Part shown: positions 1-9,172 of the stretch, piece after piece
Layout of the letters: each line of letters begins with the position of its first letter
Numbering within the stretch: the stretch's first letter is position 1
Assembly (NCBI GenBank): GCA_050952125.1
Contig: JBMNKK010000003.1
Coordinates: forward strand, 288,856-352,855
Source: Bacillota bacterium
GTDB taxonomy: Bacteria; Bacillota; Sulfobacillia; Fermentithermobacillales; Fermentithermobacillaceae
DNA: 64,000 nucleotides
Direction: 5' to 3'
Translations under genes and position numbers: made by a program
The notes under the pieces: generated by a model
Told to the model about the DNA's origin: nothing
The model's input: only the letters and a program-made list of their open reading frames with translations
The model's database searches: none

Positions 1-485
1 TCTTCCGGTATCACAATGTGAACCCTTGCGTCTTCCACGCCGGAAATCGATTTCACCGTACGCGTGAGCTCACCGGACAAGGCTCTCGCGTACTGTACCT
101 TCCGTTCAAAGTCGGTCGCCCAAAGCGAGTTGCCCTGAATGCTCTCGAAACCTACGATTCCCGATGAGGGCAATCCCTGCGACGCCAGCGAAAGCCTGGT
201 TCTGTAAACCTGGTCCGCAGGGATCTTAACCGTCCGGCCTTGATCGGCCAGTTCGTACGGTATGGATTGCCGCTCCAGCTCGGTAACGATATTGCCTGCG
301 TCCTGAGGATCCAGATTGGACCACAGCGTCTCGTACCGGGGCCCCTTTGAGAAGAGTGTCAGCGATAGCAGGAGTGCGACAAAAACCACGGCAATACTCG
401 ACATGATGACGATACGCTGGGTCTTCCCTAGTCTGGCCCAGGTGTCCCGCACTCCCTTTGTAATGACAGCGACGTTAGTCCCCAT
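1..485 (-). CDS. fliF: Flagellar M-ring protein FliF, N-terminal ~161 codons (gene runs off the left edge)
   Basis: Absent from the ORF track because it is open at the edge. My translation from ATG 485..483 reads MGTNVAVITKGVRDTWARLGKTQRIVIMSSIAVVFVALLLSLTLFSKGPRYETLWSNLDPQDAGNIVTELERQSIPYELADQGRTVKIP..., a TM helix followed by a FliF-type periplasmic start. SD GGGTGAG lies upstream. It directly follows fliE as in the Bacillus fla/che operon. Confidence 0.85.
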   Translation of the reverse strand, partial: MGTNVAVITKGVRDTWARLGKTQRIVIMSSIAVVFVALLLSLTLFSKGPRYETLWSNLDPQDAGNIVTELERQSIPYELADQGRTVKIPADQVYRTRLSLASQGLPSSGIVGFESIQGNSLWATDFERKVQYARALSGELTRTVKSISGVEDARVHIVIPE

Positions 486-497
486 GTGACTCACCCG

Positions 498-803
498 TTA
501 CAAAGGCATCCGCATGATTTCCTGGTAGGCTTCCAAAGCCTTGTTCCTTACGGAAATCACGAGGTCTAGCGCCAGGCTCGCCTTTTCTGCGCTGAGGACT
601 GCGGTGTGCATATCGCGAGCGTTGCCGGTTACAAGGTCCAGCTGCGCCTGGCCAACCTCGCGGTTAAGAGACTCAAGAGTGGCTGACGCTTTCTCAAGGA
701 CGCTGGAAAAGGACCCTTCCTTGGCCACAGCCTCCTGGGGCCTGACAGCCGGCCTTTCAACGATGGGGCCCAAGTTGGGCATGGGTACAGCTCTCAGATA
801 CAT
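498..803 (-). CDS. fliE: Flagellar hook-basal body complex protein FliE
   Basis: 101 aa. The C-terminus ...SVRNKALEAYQEIMRMPL is typical of FliE. Position is between flgC and fliF. Confidence 0.9.
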   Translation of the reverse strand: MYLRAVPMPNLGPIVERPAVRPQEAVAKEGSFSSVLEKASATLESLNREVGQAQLDLVTGNARDMHTAVLSAEKASLALDLVISVRNKALEAYQEIMRMPL

Positions 804-866
804 CGGTTTTCCTCCCCCCGAGGATTCCAGCGCCGGTGACCGCCGGAATCAGGAACACATTTATGA

Positions 867-1307
867 CTAGACTCGCAGGAGCTCGAGCGCCCGCTGAGCC
901 ATGGTTTTGGCGGCTTCAATCGCCGTCACGTTCGCCTCGTAGGCGCGTGTTGCGGCCATCATGTCCACCATCTCTGTGACAACATCAACGTTTGGGTATG
1001 TGACGTAGCCGTCTTCGTCCGCATCGGGATGCCCGGGCGCGTACACCCTTCGGAGAGGGCTCTGGTCTTCTTGAATTCCCGCAACCCGCACGCCTTGAGG
1101 CGCCCTCGAGTAGGACTTGGACAGGATATCCCGAAACGAGTACCTGGCTTCGTTAGGCGTGAATATCGCCACTTTGCGCCGGTAGGCGCTGCCGTTTTCA
1201 GTCCGTGTGCTTTCTGCGTTAGCCAAGTTGGAAGCTATGAGGTCGAGCCTCAGTCGTTCGGCTGTAAGGCCGGACGCACTTGCCTCAATGGCCGAGAACA
1301 TCCTCAT
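867..1307 (-). CDS. flgC: Flagellar basal-body rod protein FlgC
   Basis: 146 aa. N-terminus MRMFSAIEASASGLTAERLRLDLIASNLANAES and C-terminus YEANVTAIEAAKTMAQRALEL are rod-protein signatures. Operon position fits. Confidence 0.93.
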   Translation of the reverse strand: MRMFSAIEASASGLTAERLRLDLIASNLANAESTRTENGSAYRRKVAIFTPNEARYSFRDILSKSYSRAPQGVRVAGIQEDQSPLRRVYAPGHPDADEDGYVTYPNVDVVTEMVDMMAATRAYEANVTAIEAAKTMAQRALELLRV

Positions 1308-1312
1308 TCGTT

Positions 1313-1696
1313 TCAGCGCCTCCCTTCTGTTATTGCTTTTCTCAAGAGTGAAAGTCTCGCGTTGAGCTGGCTGGATACTGCCGCGTAGTAGAGCGCGTTT
1401 GTAGAGACTTCACCCATCTCCCGATCGATATCGACACTGTTGCCGTCGGGAGTGATACTGGATAGATCCTGCTGGATCGTCCACGTATTGCGTTGGGAAG
1501 TAGGAGAAAGGTGCCGGGAATCGGTCTTCAGCCAAGCCGGCTGCCGCGTCCCCGCTTTGGCCAACATGCTTCTAAAGTCGAGGTCCAGCCGTTTGAACCC
1601 GGGAGTCTCAGCGTTAGCCACGTTGTTCGCGAGAATTTCGTGCCTGGCCCACGCGCCATCCATAGCTCTTTGCATGATGTCCGACATAGTCTTCAC
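1313..1696 (-). CDS. flgB: Flagellar basal-body rod protein FlgB
   Basis: 127 aa with ...ILANNVANAETPGFKRLDLDF... and ...YYAAVSSQLNARLSLLRKAI. GTG start with SD GGGGGGTGAG upstream. First gene of the fla/che-type operon. Confidence 0.92.
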   Translation of the reverse strand: MKTMSDIMQRAMDGAWARHEILANNVANAETPGFKRLDLDFRSMLAKAGTRQPAWLKTDSRHLSPTSQRNTWTIQQDLSSITPDGNSVDIDREMGEVSTNALYYAAVSSQLNARLSLLRKAITEGRR

Positions 1697-1980
1697 GATC
1701 TCACCCCCCTAAGATCAGAGAAACCTCCCGGCGCCAATACCGAGAGGCAGACAAAACTAAAACCGCCCTCTTCGGAAACCCGGCTGTCATGGCGACCTCT
1801 CTCCATCCAGGTCGCTTTAGACCCGCAGCTTTGCGTCACTGCCTTTCGACAGTTTTGCCATTATCGGTGCGCGGTAACTGGACTCTATTTAGTTGTGGAC
1901 GCACCCTATTCTACGCCGATCGCCAAATTCCTTCTTTTGCGTTCAAGATTTTCATATTTTTTGCGATCCGCCAAACAAGA

Positions 1981-2110
1981 ACGGGCGGCGCCTTGGCGAC
2001 CGCTAAGTTAAAACGGGCGGCGCCTTGGCGACCGCCAAATTAGAACGGGCGGCGCCTTGGCGACCGCCGAATTAAGACGGGCGGCGCCTTGCCGGCCCCG
2101 CCCGTTTTCC
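1981..2110 (-). repeat. Four tandem 32-bp hairpin units; the unit nearest codY looks like its rho-independent terminator
   Basis: The plus-strand motif ACGGGCGGCGCCTTG(G/C)CG.CC.C starts at 1981, 2013, 2045 and 2077, an exact 32-bp phase. On the minus strand, unit 4 reads ACGGGCGG-ggccggcaaggcg-CCGCCCGT followed by CTTAATT. Units 1-3 read GGCGGTCGCCAAGGCGCCGCC followed by a T-rich tail. Confidence 0.8.
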
Positions 2111-2134
2111 CAGCTCTTGAGCTTTTCTCTGCTG

Positions 2135-2911
2135 CTAGCGCAGTTTCTGAAGCTCTTCCAGCAACTTGTTGTTCAAGACTCGAATGAACGTGCCCTTCAT
2201 ACCGAGAGATCTTGACTCTATCACGCCCGCCGACTCGAACTTCCTGAGAGCGTTGACGATGACAGACCTGGTAATGCCAACTCTATCTGCTACCTTCGAG
2301 GCCACCAAGAAGCCCTCAGTGCCGCCGAGCTCCTCGAAGATGTGCCTCATCGCGTTGAGTTCGGAGAACGAGAGGGTTCCGAGAGCAACCTGAACCGCAG
2401 TCCTCTGTCTCGTCTCTTCCTCCACGGTCTCCTGATTGTAGCGGAGGATCTCCATGGCAGTTACAGTAGCAGCGTGCTCTGCCAAGATGAGATCGTCATC
2501 ACCAAAAGCCCCGCCGGCGCGGGCAAGGACGAGAGTGCCCAATCGCTCCCCGGCTCCCATAATAGGCAGGATGGTCGTGAGCTTCTCCGCGTATATGCAC
2601 GGCACGCCTTCCTTGAACACGCACACGCCCCGGTCATTCTTGAGATTCACCGCTGTCTCGCGGTACATGAACAAACGCTCGTTGTACTCAGACGGAAACT
2701 CCTCTGCCGTGAGCACCTCGTTTTTCATGACCTCGCAGTCGAAATCGTCGACCAACGCGTATCCAAGAACCTTGCCCATCTTGTCAAGGATGTACACGTT
2801 GCAGTCGATGGAATCGCGGATAACCTTGGCGCTCCCCGTAAAGTCGACTTCCGTGGCGGCGCGTGATAAGAGCTGGTTCATTCTTCGTGTTTTGTCTAGT
2901 AGCGTCTGCAT
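2135..2911 (-). CDS. codY: GTP/BCAA-sensing global transcriptional repressor CodY
   Basis: 258 aa with an N-terminal GAF-like region. C-terminal wHTH is ASKVADRVGITRSVIVNALRKFESAGVIESRSLGMKGT. SD AGGAGG lies 8 nt upstream of the ATG. It follows hslU as in Bacillus. Confidence 0.95.
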   Translation of the reverse strand: MQTLLDKTRRMNQLLSRAATEVDFTGSAKVIRDSIDCNVYILDKMGKVLGYALVDDFDCEVMKNEVLTAEEFPSEYNERLFMYRETAVNLKNDRGVCVFKEGVPCIYAEKLTTILPIMGAGERLGTLVLARAGGAFGDDDLILAEHAATVTAMEILRYNQETVEEETRQRTAVQVALGTLSFSELNAMRHIFEELGGTEGFLVASKVADRVGITRSVIVNALRKFESAGVIESRSLGMKGTFIRVLNNKLLEELQKLR

Positions 2912-2939
2912 CCGGTCTTCCTCCTTGTATCTTTCCCGC

Positions 2940-4340
2940 TCATAGGATGTAGCGGGAAATATCCCTGTTAGCTACAAGGTCCCCCAGCTTCGCCCGGACG
3001 TAGGCGGCATCAACCTTCACCTGTTTTTCGGCGAGGTCGGGACCTTCGTACAAGACGTCCTCCAGGAGCTTTTCCATCACAGTGTGAAGCCTTCTGGCGC
3101 CTATGTTCTCAGCCTCCTCGTTGACCTTAAACGCCATTTTGGCCAGCTCCCTAATTCCGCTTTCCTCAAACAAGACCTCAATTCCGTCAGTGGCTAGGAG
3201 CGCCTTATACTGCCTGGTGAGCGAATTCTCCGGCTCTTTCAGGATGCTGACAAAATCAGCTTCGGTAAGGGGATCCAGTTCGACCCTGATGGGGAACCGC
3301 CCCTGAAGCTCGGGGATAAGGTCTGCGGGCTTCGCCACGTGAAACGCTCCGGCACCAATGAACAAAATGTGGTCCGTTTTTACGGGTCCGTACTTGGTAA
3401 CCACCGTAGTACCCTCGACAATGGGAAGCAGATCTCGCTGGACCCCTTCACGCGAAACATCCGGACCGGTTCCGTGCTCGCGCCCTGCAACTTTGTCGAG
3501 TTCATCCAAGAACACTATGCCAAGCCGCTCCGTCCTACGAATGGCCTCCGCGGTGACAGAGTCGGCGTCAACGAGCTTCCCCGCCTCTTCCTGAGCGAGA
3601 ACCCGTCTTGCCTCGCTCAATTTTAGGCGGCGCACTTTCTTCCTCTTGGGCAAGATGCCGCCCAAAAGGTCCTGCATATTGATGCCCATCTCCTGCATGG
3701 AGCTGCCGTCAAAAAAGTTCAGCGTCGGGTTGGAGGTATCCTCAACCTCCACCTCAACCTCCTCGTCTTCAGCCTCACCTCTGGACAGTCGCTCTCTGAA
3801 AAGCCGGCGTTCGGCTCGAGCTCTTCTGAGTCTCTCCTCAAAGTCGTCTTCGTCATCCGGATCCTCGCGCGCGGCCGGATTGAAGAGCGCTTCAAACGGG
3901 TTGCGCGGGACCTCTCTTCGCTTGGGGAGTGGGCACACTATATCCACCAAACGGTCTTCGGCCAGCGCATCCGCTTTCGCCTTGACTCCCTCCAGCTCTT
4001 CGCTTCTCACCATTCTGACTGCCGACTCCACAAGGTCGCGTACTATTGAGTCAACATCGCGCCCGACGTAGCCGACTTCCGTGAACTTGGATGCCTCAAC
4101 CTTGGTGAAAGGAGCGTTCACCAATTTGGCCAAGCGCCGGCACATCTCGGTCTTGCCTACCCCTGTAGGCCCAATCATCAGGATGTTCTTCGGCACGATG
4201 TCTTCCTGCAGGTCACCCTCAACTTTCTGTCTCCGGAGCCTGTTGCGTATAGCCACGGCCACGGCTCTCTTTGCCTTGTCCTGGCCGACTATGTACTTGT
4301 CGAGTTCCGCTACTATCTGCCTGGGCGTAAGATCCGCCAT
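2940..4340 (-). CDS. hslU: ATP-dependent protease ATPase subunit HslU
   Basis: Walker A is GPTGVGKTE and the N-terminus is [20 protein letters not shown]. The ORF track starts at GTG 4367. ATG 4340 has GGAGG 7 nt upstream and matches the usual HslU N-terminus. Confidence 0.93.
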   Translation of the reverse strand: MADLTPRQIVAELDKYIVGQDKAKRAVAVAIRNRLRRQKVEGDLQEDIVPKNILMIGPTGVGKTEMCRRLAKLVNAPFTKVEASKFTEVGYVGRDVDSIVRDLVESAVRMVRSEELEGVKAKADALAEDRLVDIVCPLPKRREVPRNPFEALFNPAAREDPDDEDDFEERLRRARAERRLFRERLSRGEAEDEEVEVEVEDTSNPTLNFFDGSSMQEMGINMQDLLGGILPKRKKVRRLKLSEARRVLAQEEAGKLVDADSVTAEAIRRTERLGIVFLDELDKVAGREHGTGPDVSREGVQRDLLPIVEGTTVVTKYGPVKTDHILFIGAGAFHVAKPADLIPELQGRFPIRVELDPLTEADFVSILKEPENSLTRQYKALLATDGIEVLFEESGIRELAKMAFKVNEEAENIGARRLHTVMEKLLEDVLYEGPDLAEKQVKVDAAYVRAKLGDLVANRDISRYIL

Positions 4341-4370
4341 CCATGAGCCTCCTTCTGCTCTTGACACCTT

Positions 4371-4928
4371 CTACTCCAATTCTTCAACTATAACATTTTC
4401 ATTCGTGTAGATGCATATAGAAGCAGCGATCTTTAGGGACTCCCGGGCGATCTCTGCGCCGTCCATATCTGTGAACTTCGAGAGCGCCTTGGCGGCCGCG
4501 GTAGCGTACGCAGCCCCTGAACCGATCGCCAGCACGTTGTCATCAGGCTCTATGACTTCGCCGGTTCCGCTCACCAGGAGAATGTGCTCCTTATCCATGC
4601 ACAACAGCATAGCTTGGAGCTGGCGGAGGGCTCTGTCAGTCCTCCATTCCTTGGCCAAATCAACTGCAGCTCGCTGCAGGTCTCCCCGCGTCTCCTCCAA
4701 GTGGCGCTCGAGCTTCTCGAACAGGGTCAGGGCATCGCCCACGGACCCCGCAAAGCCGGCAAGTATCCGCCCTTTGTATATCTTGCGGACTTTCTTTGCT
4801 CCGGTTTTCAAGATTGTGTGATTAGCCTCTAGCGTGACCTGCCCGTCACCTGCCATCGCGGCCTTGCCGTTGGCCCTTACGGCGAGCACGGTCGTGCTTT
4901 TAAACTGAGGTTCCTGCCTTAATGTCAT
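4371..4928 (-). CDS. hslV: ATP-dependent protease peptidase subunit HslV
   Basis: The HslV core is ...[24 protein letters not shown]...[14 protein letters not shown]. The track ORF (262 aa) extends into xerC. ATG 4928 overlaps the xerC stop by 4 nt (ATGA) and gives a normal ~185-aa protein. Confidence 0.9.
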   Translation of the reverse strand: MTLRQEPQFKSTTVLAVRANGKAAMAGDGQVTLEANHTILKTGAKKVRKIYKGRILAGFAGSVGDALTLFEKLERHLEETRGDLQRAAVDLAKEWRTDRALRQLQAMLLCMDKEHILLVSGTGEVIEPDDNVLAIGSGAAYATAAAKALSKFTDMDGAEIARESLKIAASICIYTNENVIVEELE

Positions 4929-5944
4929 TTTTGGTTCTTCTGTGCCTCCTCGCTTTTCCCGGCTGCGGCCTCGATGCGTCCGCGCGCGCGGGGGTGAAAA
5001 CTCCTGTAGACCTCGCGAAGATGCTCGGGCATTAGGTGAGTGTATATCTGCGTTGTCCTGACGCTGGCGTGACCGAGCATATCCTGGACAGACCTTAAGT
5101 CTGCCCCGCCCGAAAGAAGATGAGTCGCGAATGAATGCCTCAGCGTATGCGGCGAACACCTATCTGGGTCAACCCCTGCTTCCAGGAGGTGCTTTTCCAG
5201 TATCCGCCTAACGGAACGTGCCGAAAGACGCCTGCCGAAGCGGTTTAGGAATAGGGGTTTCCTCAGGGTCGTCACCAACGGACTGGCCTTGGACTTCCCC
5301 GCGCGCTCCAGTAAGGGGCGTCCCGATTCGAGGTAATCGCCCAGCGCGCTCAGCGCCATGGATCCTACCGGCACAAATCTCTCCTTCCCGCCCTTTCCCA
5401 ACACTTGCACAAAGCCGAGCGAGTAGTCGATATCGCCCACGTTGAGACTGCAGAGTTCACTCACTCTGAGACCCGCGCCGTAGAGAAGCTCGAACATGGC
5501 CCTATCCCTCTTCCCAAGCGGCGTATCCGGATTAGGCGCTTCGATAAGGTTTCTTACTTCATTTTCAGCGAGCACTTTAGGGAGCGCGCGTTTGTGTCTC
5601 CGTGGAGGTACAGCCTTCGCCCCGCTCTCCGAAAGCACGCCGCGGCGCTCGAGGAACTTCATGAAGCTGCGAATACAGGACGTCTTTCTGGCGACAGACG
5701 ACCCTTCGTAGCCTTCTTTGCCCAGATACTGGATGAAACGCCTTAGGTGGTCAGCGGTGAGATCTGAAGGCTTTGGAACTTCCTTCTTTCCTGCGTCTCT
5801 TGTGAGGAATGCGACGAACTGCCGCAGGTCGTTGGCGTATGCGTTCTGCGTGCTTGGACTCTGAGTCTTTGAGACACCGACTTCGACCAAAAACTCTTCC
5901 TGCAATTCCTCAAAACCGCGCCCCAATACCACACCTTCTCGCAC
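4925..5944 (-). CDS. xerC: Tyrosine recombinase XerC (CodV-like)
   Basis: 339 aa. The C-terminal catalytic region is ...[38 protein letters not shown] (R-H-R-Y motif set). Its position between topA and hslV matches B. subtilis codV. Confidence 0.9.
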   Translation of the reverse strand: MREGVVLGRGFEELQEEFLVEVGVSKTQSPSTQNAYANDLRQFVAFLTRDAGKKEVPKPSDLTADHLRRFIQYLGKEGYEGSSVARKTSCIRSFMKFLERRGVLSESGAKAVPPRRHKRALPKVLAENEVRNLIEAPNPDTPLGKRDRAMFELLYGAGLRVSELCSLNVGDIDYSLGFVQVLGKGGKERFVPVGSMALSALGDYLESGRPLLERAGKSKASPLVTTLRKPLFLNRFGRRLSARSVRRILEKHLLEAGVDPDRCSPHTLRHSFATHLLSGGADLRSVQDMLGHASVRTTQIYTHLMPEHLREVYRSFHPRARGRIEAAAGKSEEAQKNQK

Positions 5945-6017
5945 TAGCGAATGTCACCAATCAGCAGTCAATTCGGAAGTAATCATACCATTACAGCTGC
6001 TGAGGAGCAACTCGTTC

Positions 6018-8108
6018 TCAATTTTCTAGTTTTTGTGTGCGATGACCACAAGATTGGTTTGAGCAGCGGTATCCTCGGCCTCGTCCCTGAAGCTCCAACA
6101 TGAATGCGCCGCATTGGGGGCAACGGCTCCCCGGCACGGGCTTATCCCAACTCGTATAGTCGCACTCGGGATAAGTGGAGCAGCCGTAGAAGACCCTCCC
6201 TCTGCGTGAGCGCCTGGCAACGATGTCTCCTTTGCCGCACTTAGGGCATGAGACACCGGTCTTCTCCAGAATCGGCATCGTGTTTTTGCACTCGGGATAT
6301 CCCGAGCAAGCTATGAACTTCCCGTATCTGCCGCGCTTGATCACCATGGGCTTACCGCACTTCTCGCAGTCTACGCCTGCAGGTTCATCCTCTACCTTAA
6401 TCTGTCCAATCTTTTCCTCTGCACGGTCGAGCTGCTGCTTGAACGGCTCCCAGAACTCCTTCAGGATCTGCACCCAGTCCCCTTCGCCTTCTTCTACGGA
6501 GTCAAGCTTCTTTTCCATCACGGCAGTGAAGGCAAGGTCTACTATGGACGGGAAGTTGTTCTCGAGCAGGTTATCGACGGTGACGCCCAGTTCGGTTGGA
6601 AACAGCCTGCGCTGGTCGCGGCCGATATACTCCCGCTCGAAGAGGGTCGCGATGATGGGGGCGTAAGTTGACGGGCGGCCAATGCCGTTCTCCTCTAGAG
6701 CTCGAACCAACGTAGCTTCGGTGTACCGCGGAGGAGGCTCGGTGAAATGCTGGAGAGGCTCTGTTTTCTCCAGGCGTAGGACCTCACCCTCACTTAGGGC
6801 AATGATCTCGGCCTCTTCCTCGCCCGGGCTATCTTGGCCTTCCTCGTACACCTTCGTGAATCCGGCGAATCTCAGGCGCGAGCCTGTTGCCCTGAAGTTG
6901 TGATTTCCCGCCTTTATCTCCGCCGTAACCGTGTCGTACACGGCCGGCGCCATCTGTGACGCGACAAACCTGTCCCATATCAGTTTGTACAGCTTGAACT
7001 GATCCGGCTTGAGGAAGCGCTTCACATCGCGAGGGTGCCTCATAACGGAAGTCGGGCGGATCGCTTCATGGGCGCCCTGCTCTCCCGGCTTTTGCTTGGC
7101 CACCCTGCCCTTCCCTACATAATCGGGCCCATATATTTCTCCTATGTACGTTCGAGCTTCTCCGACTGCAACGGAGGAAACCTTGGTGGAATCCGTCCTC
7201 ATATAGGTAATGAGCCCCGTGTATCCATCAGGCCCCAGTTCAACTCCCTCATAGAGTCCCTGGGCTACGGACATGGTCTTGCGCACCGGGAAGCCCAGCT
7301 TCCTTGAGGCTTCCTGCTGCAGTGTAGAGGTTGTGAAGGGAAACGGCGGGTTTTTCTTCCGTTCCTTGGGCTTGACCGCCTCTACCACAAAAGGCTTGCC
7401 GCGCACGCCCTCCAGCACTACGTCGATGTCGCTCTTTGTCGAGAGGCTCTTCTTCTGCCCGTTGTCACCATAGTACCGCGCCTTGACTTGTCCCGCCTCG
7501 CCGTCTAGATAGACGTCAAGAGTCCAGTATTCTTCGGACTTGAACGATGAGATCTCGTTCTCGCGCTTTACAATCAACCGTAGAGCGGCCGATTGAACCC
7601 TGCCGGCAGACAAGCCCGGCCTTATCTTGTGCCAGAGGAGAGGGCTCAGGCTGTATCCAACCAGCCTGTCCAGAATCCTTCTCGCTTGCTGGGCATCTAC
7701 AAGCCTCAAATTGAGGGGCAGAGGCCGGGCAAAGGCTTCCTTAACCGCCTTCTCTGTGATCTCGTGGAACGTTACCCGTTTGGCTTTTTGGGGTTCAATG
7801 CCGAGTATGTGGCACAAGTGCCACGAAATCGCCTCCCCTTCCCGGTCGGGGTCGGTCGCGAGGTATACGGACGACGCTTTCTTGGCGGCATCTTTGAGTT
7901 CCCTGATGAGCTCGCCTTTTCCCCTGATGTTTATGTACTTGGGAGTGAAGTTGTCTTCCACGTCAACACCCAGGGTGCTCTTTGGAAGATCTCTTACGTG
8001 ACCTAATGACGCCAGCACGCGATACCGGGATTTCATGAAACGGGATATGGTTTTGGCCTTAGTCGGTGATTCAACGATTATGAGTGGACGTTTGGTTTCC
8101 GCCGCCAC
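6018..8108 (-). CDS. topA: DNA topoisomerase I
   Basis: 696 aa. TOPRIM start is PLIIVESPTKAKTI. The active-site region is ...ITYMRTDS.... Three C-terminal Cys4 zinc-ribbon motifs are present (CEKCGKP..C, CPKCGKG..C, CPQCGAF..C). Confidence 0.96.
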   Translation of the reverse strand: MAAETKRPLIIVESPTKAKTISRFMKSRYRVLASLGHVRDLPKSTLGVDVEDNFTPKYINIRGKGELIRELKDAAKKASSVYLATDPDREGEAISWHLCHILGIEPQKAKRVTFHEITEKAVKEAFARPLPLNLRLVDAQQARRILDRLVGYSLSPLLWHKIRPGLSAGRVQSAALRLIVKRENEISSFKSEEYWTLDVYLDGEAGQVKARYYGDNGQKKSLSTKSDIDVVLEGVRGKPFVVEAVKPKERKKNPPFPFTTSTLQQEASRKLGFPVRKTMSVAQGLYEGVELGPDGYTGLITYMRTDSTKVSSVAVGEARTYIGEIYGPDYVGKGRVAKQKPGEQGAHEAIRPTSVMRHPRDVKRFLKPDQFKLYKLIWDRFVASQMAPAVYDTVTAEIKAGNHNFRATGSRLRFAGFTKVYEEGQDSPGEEEAEIIALSEGEVLRLEKTEPLQHFTEPPPRYTEATLVRALEENGIGRPSTYAPIIATLFEREYIGRDQRRLFPTELGVTVDNLLENNFPSIVDLAFTAVMEKKLDSVEEGEGDWVQILKEFWEPFKQQLDRAEEKIGQIKVEDEPAGVDCEKCGKPMVIKRGRYGKFIACSGYPECKNTMPILEKTGVSCPKCGKGDIVARRSRRGRVFYGCSTYPECDYTSWDKPVPGSRCPQCGAFMLELQGRGRGYRCSNQSCGHRTQKLEN

Positions 8109-8111
8109 AGT

Positions 8112-9011
8112 TCACTGCCCCTTCCCGATAGTAGCTTGCCCCGTGTTTGCCAGATACTTCCCTCCGGCCAGCCTGAGGACAATCCCATCAACCTCGAGCG
8201 ATGAAAGAGCCGCGGCTACTCTACCGGGACTTAAATTTGTTAACCTCTCCGCTAAAGCGTCTAGCGAGAGCGCGTTTCCGTCGATCTCCGCCAACACCAG
8301 TGACTCCTCAAAGGAAAGCTGCCTTCTTTCGCCACCACCCAAGGGCGCGTCCGGCAGCGGGACATACTCGTTTTCTCGTCTGAGAAAGGATAGCACATCG
8401 AGTGCCGACGTTACCAGGTAGGCTCCCTCTTGTATGAGCTTGTTTGAGCCAGCACACCTCTTCGACTTCACGCTCCCCGGAACGGCCATTACGGGTATAC
8501 CCAAGCTTAAGGCCAGTCTAGCCGTGATTAGAGCGCCCGAGTTCTCGCCGGCTTCTATCACCACCACACCCAGCGACAGCATAGCGATGATCCTGTTCCG
8601 CTGCGGGAAATGCCAAGCCCGAGGTCGCGTCCCCAGGCGGTACTCCGAAAGGAGCGCGCCCGATTCGGGGATCCGCTCATACAACGCTGAGTTCTCGGCG
8701 GGATACCTTACATCCGTCCCGCACCCCAGACAAGCCAGTGTGCGGCCCCCTGCTTTTAGGGCTCCTCTGTGCGCCGCGGCATCGATCCCTGCGGCCAGAC
8801 CCGAGACAACGGTCACTCCCGCTCCCGCCATATCTCTGGAGAGTTCGTAGGAAACTCTCTTACCTACCTCAGTTGCATCCCGCGTACCCACAACCGCAAC
8901 GGCTAAACGGTCTTCCGGCACGATACTTCCTTTCAAATACAAGATTTCGGGAGCGTCGGAGAAGCGGAGAAGGTTCTCCGGATAGCACTCGTGGCCGAGC
9001 GCAATTTGCAT
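8112..9011 (-). CDS. dprA: DNA processing protein DprA (short form)
   Basis: 299 aa. It contains ...YPENLLRFSDAPEILYLKGS..., the Rossmann-like core AVVGTRDAT...GLAAGIDAAAHRGAL, and a C-terminal wHTH-like tail. It lies 3 nt upstream of topA. Confidence 0.88.
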   Translation of the reverse strand: MQIALGHECYPENLLRFSDAPEILYLKGSIVPEDRLAVAVVGTRDATEVGKRVSYELSRDMAGAGVTVVSGLAAGIDAAAHRGALKAGGRTLACLGCGTDVRYPAENSALYERIPESGALLSEYRLGTRPRAWHFPQRNRIIAMLSLGVVVIEAGENSGALITARLALSLGIPVMAVPGSVKSKRCAGSNKLIQEGAYLVTSALDVLSFLRRENEYVPLPDAPLGGGERRQLSFEESLVLAEIDGNALSLDALAERLTNLSPGRVAAALSSLEVDGIVLRLAGGKYLANTGQATIGKGQ

Positions 9012-9172
9012 AGTCGAATCAAGTCACCTCCAGTTCTCCCATAGTTTGCCAATTGCTGTACTAATCTACCACATTTCGACCCGACGTGCACACCCTTTCG
9101 GCGCCATGCTCATAACCCCGTCGGGTAGAGGAGAAGATGAGAAAAGACTTTGAAGGAGCCGGGTGATATCTC

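Noticed and set aside
1981-2110. Tandem repeats that could be mistaken for a small CRISPR array
   Set aside because: The period is only 32 bp, made of a ~24-nt repeat and 8-9 nt 'spacers' that are themselves near-identical A/T-rich tails. There are no cas genes in the window. The structure fits terminator-like hairpins instead.
4929-5159. A 77-codon N-terminal extension of the hslV ORF (262 aa in the ORF track)
   Set aside because: The extension lies entirely inside the xerC coding region in another frame. It is Arg/Ser-rich junk-like sequence. An internal ATG at 4928 overlaps the xerC stop (ATGA) and gives a canonical-length HslV.
4925-5944. Tyrosine recombinase as a possible integrase marking a mobile element
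   Set aside because: Its sequence and its position between topA and hslVU match the housekeeping chromosome-dimer resolvase XerC/CodV. No att-like repeats, phage genes or tRNA are nearby.
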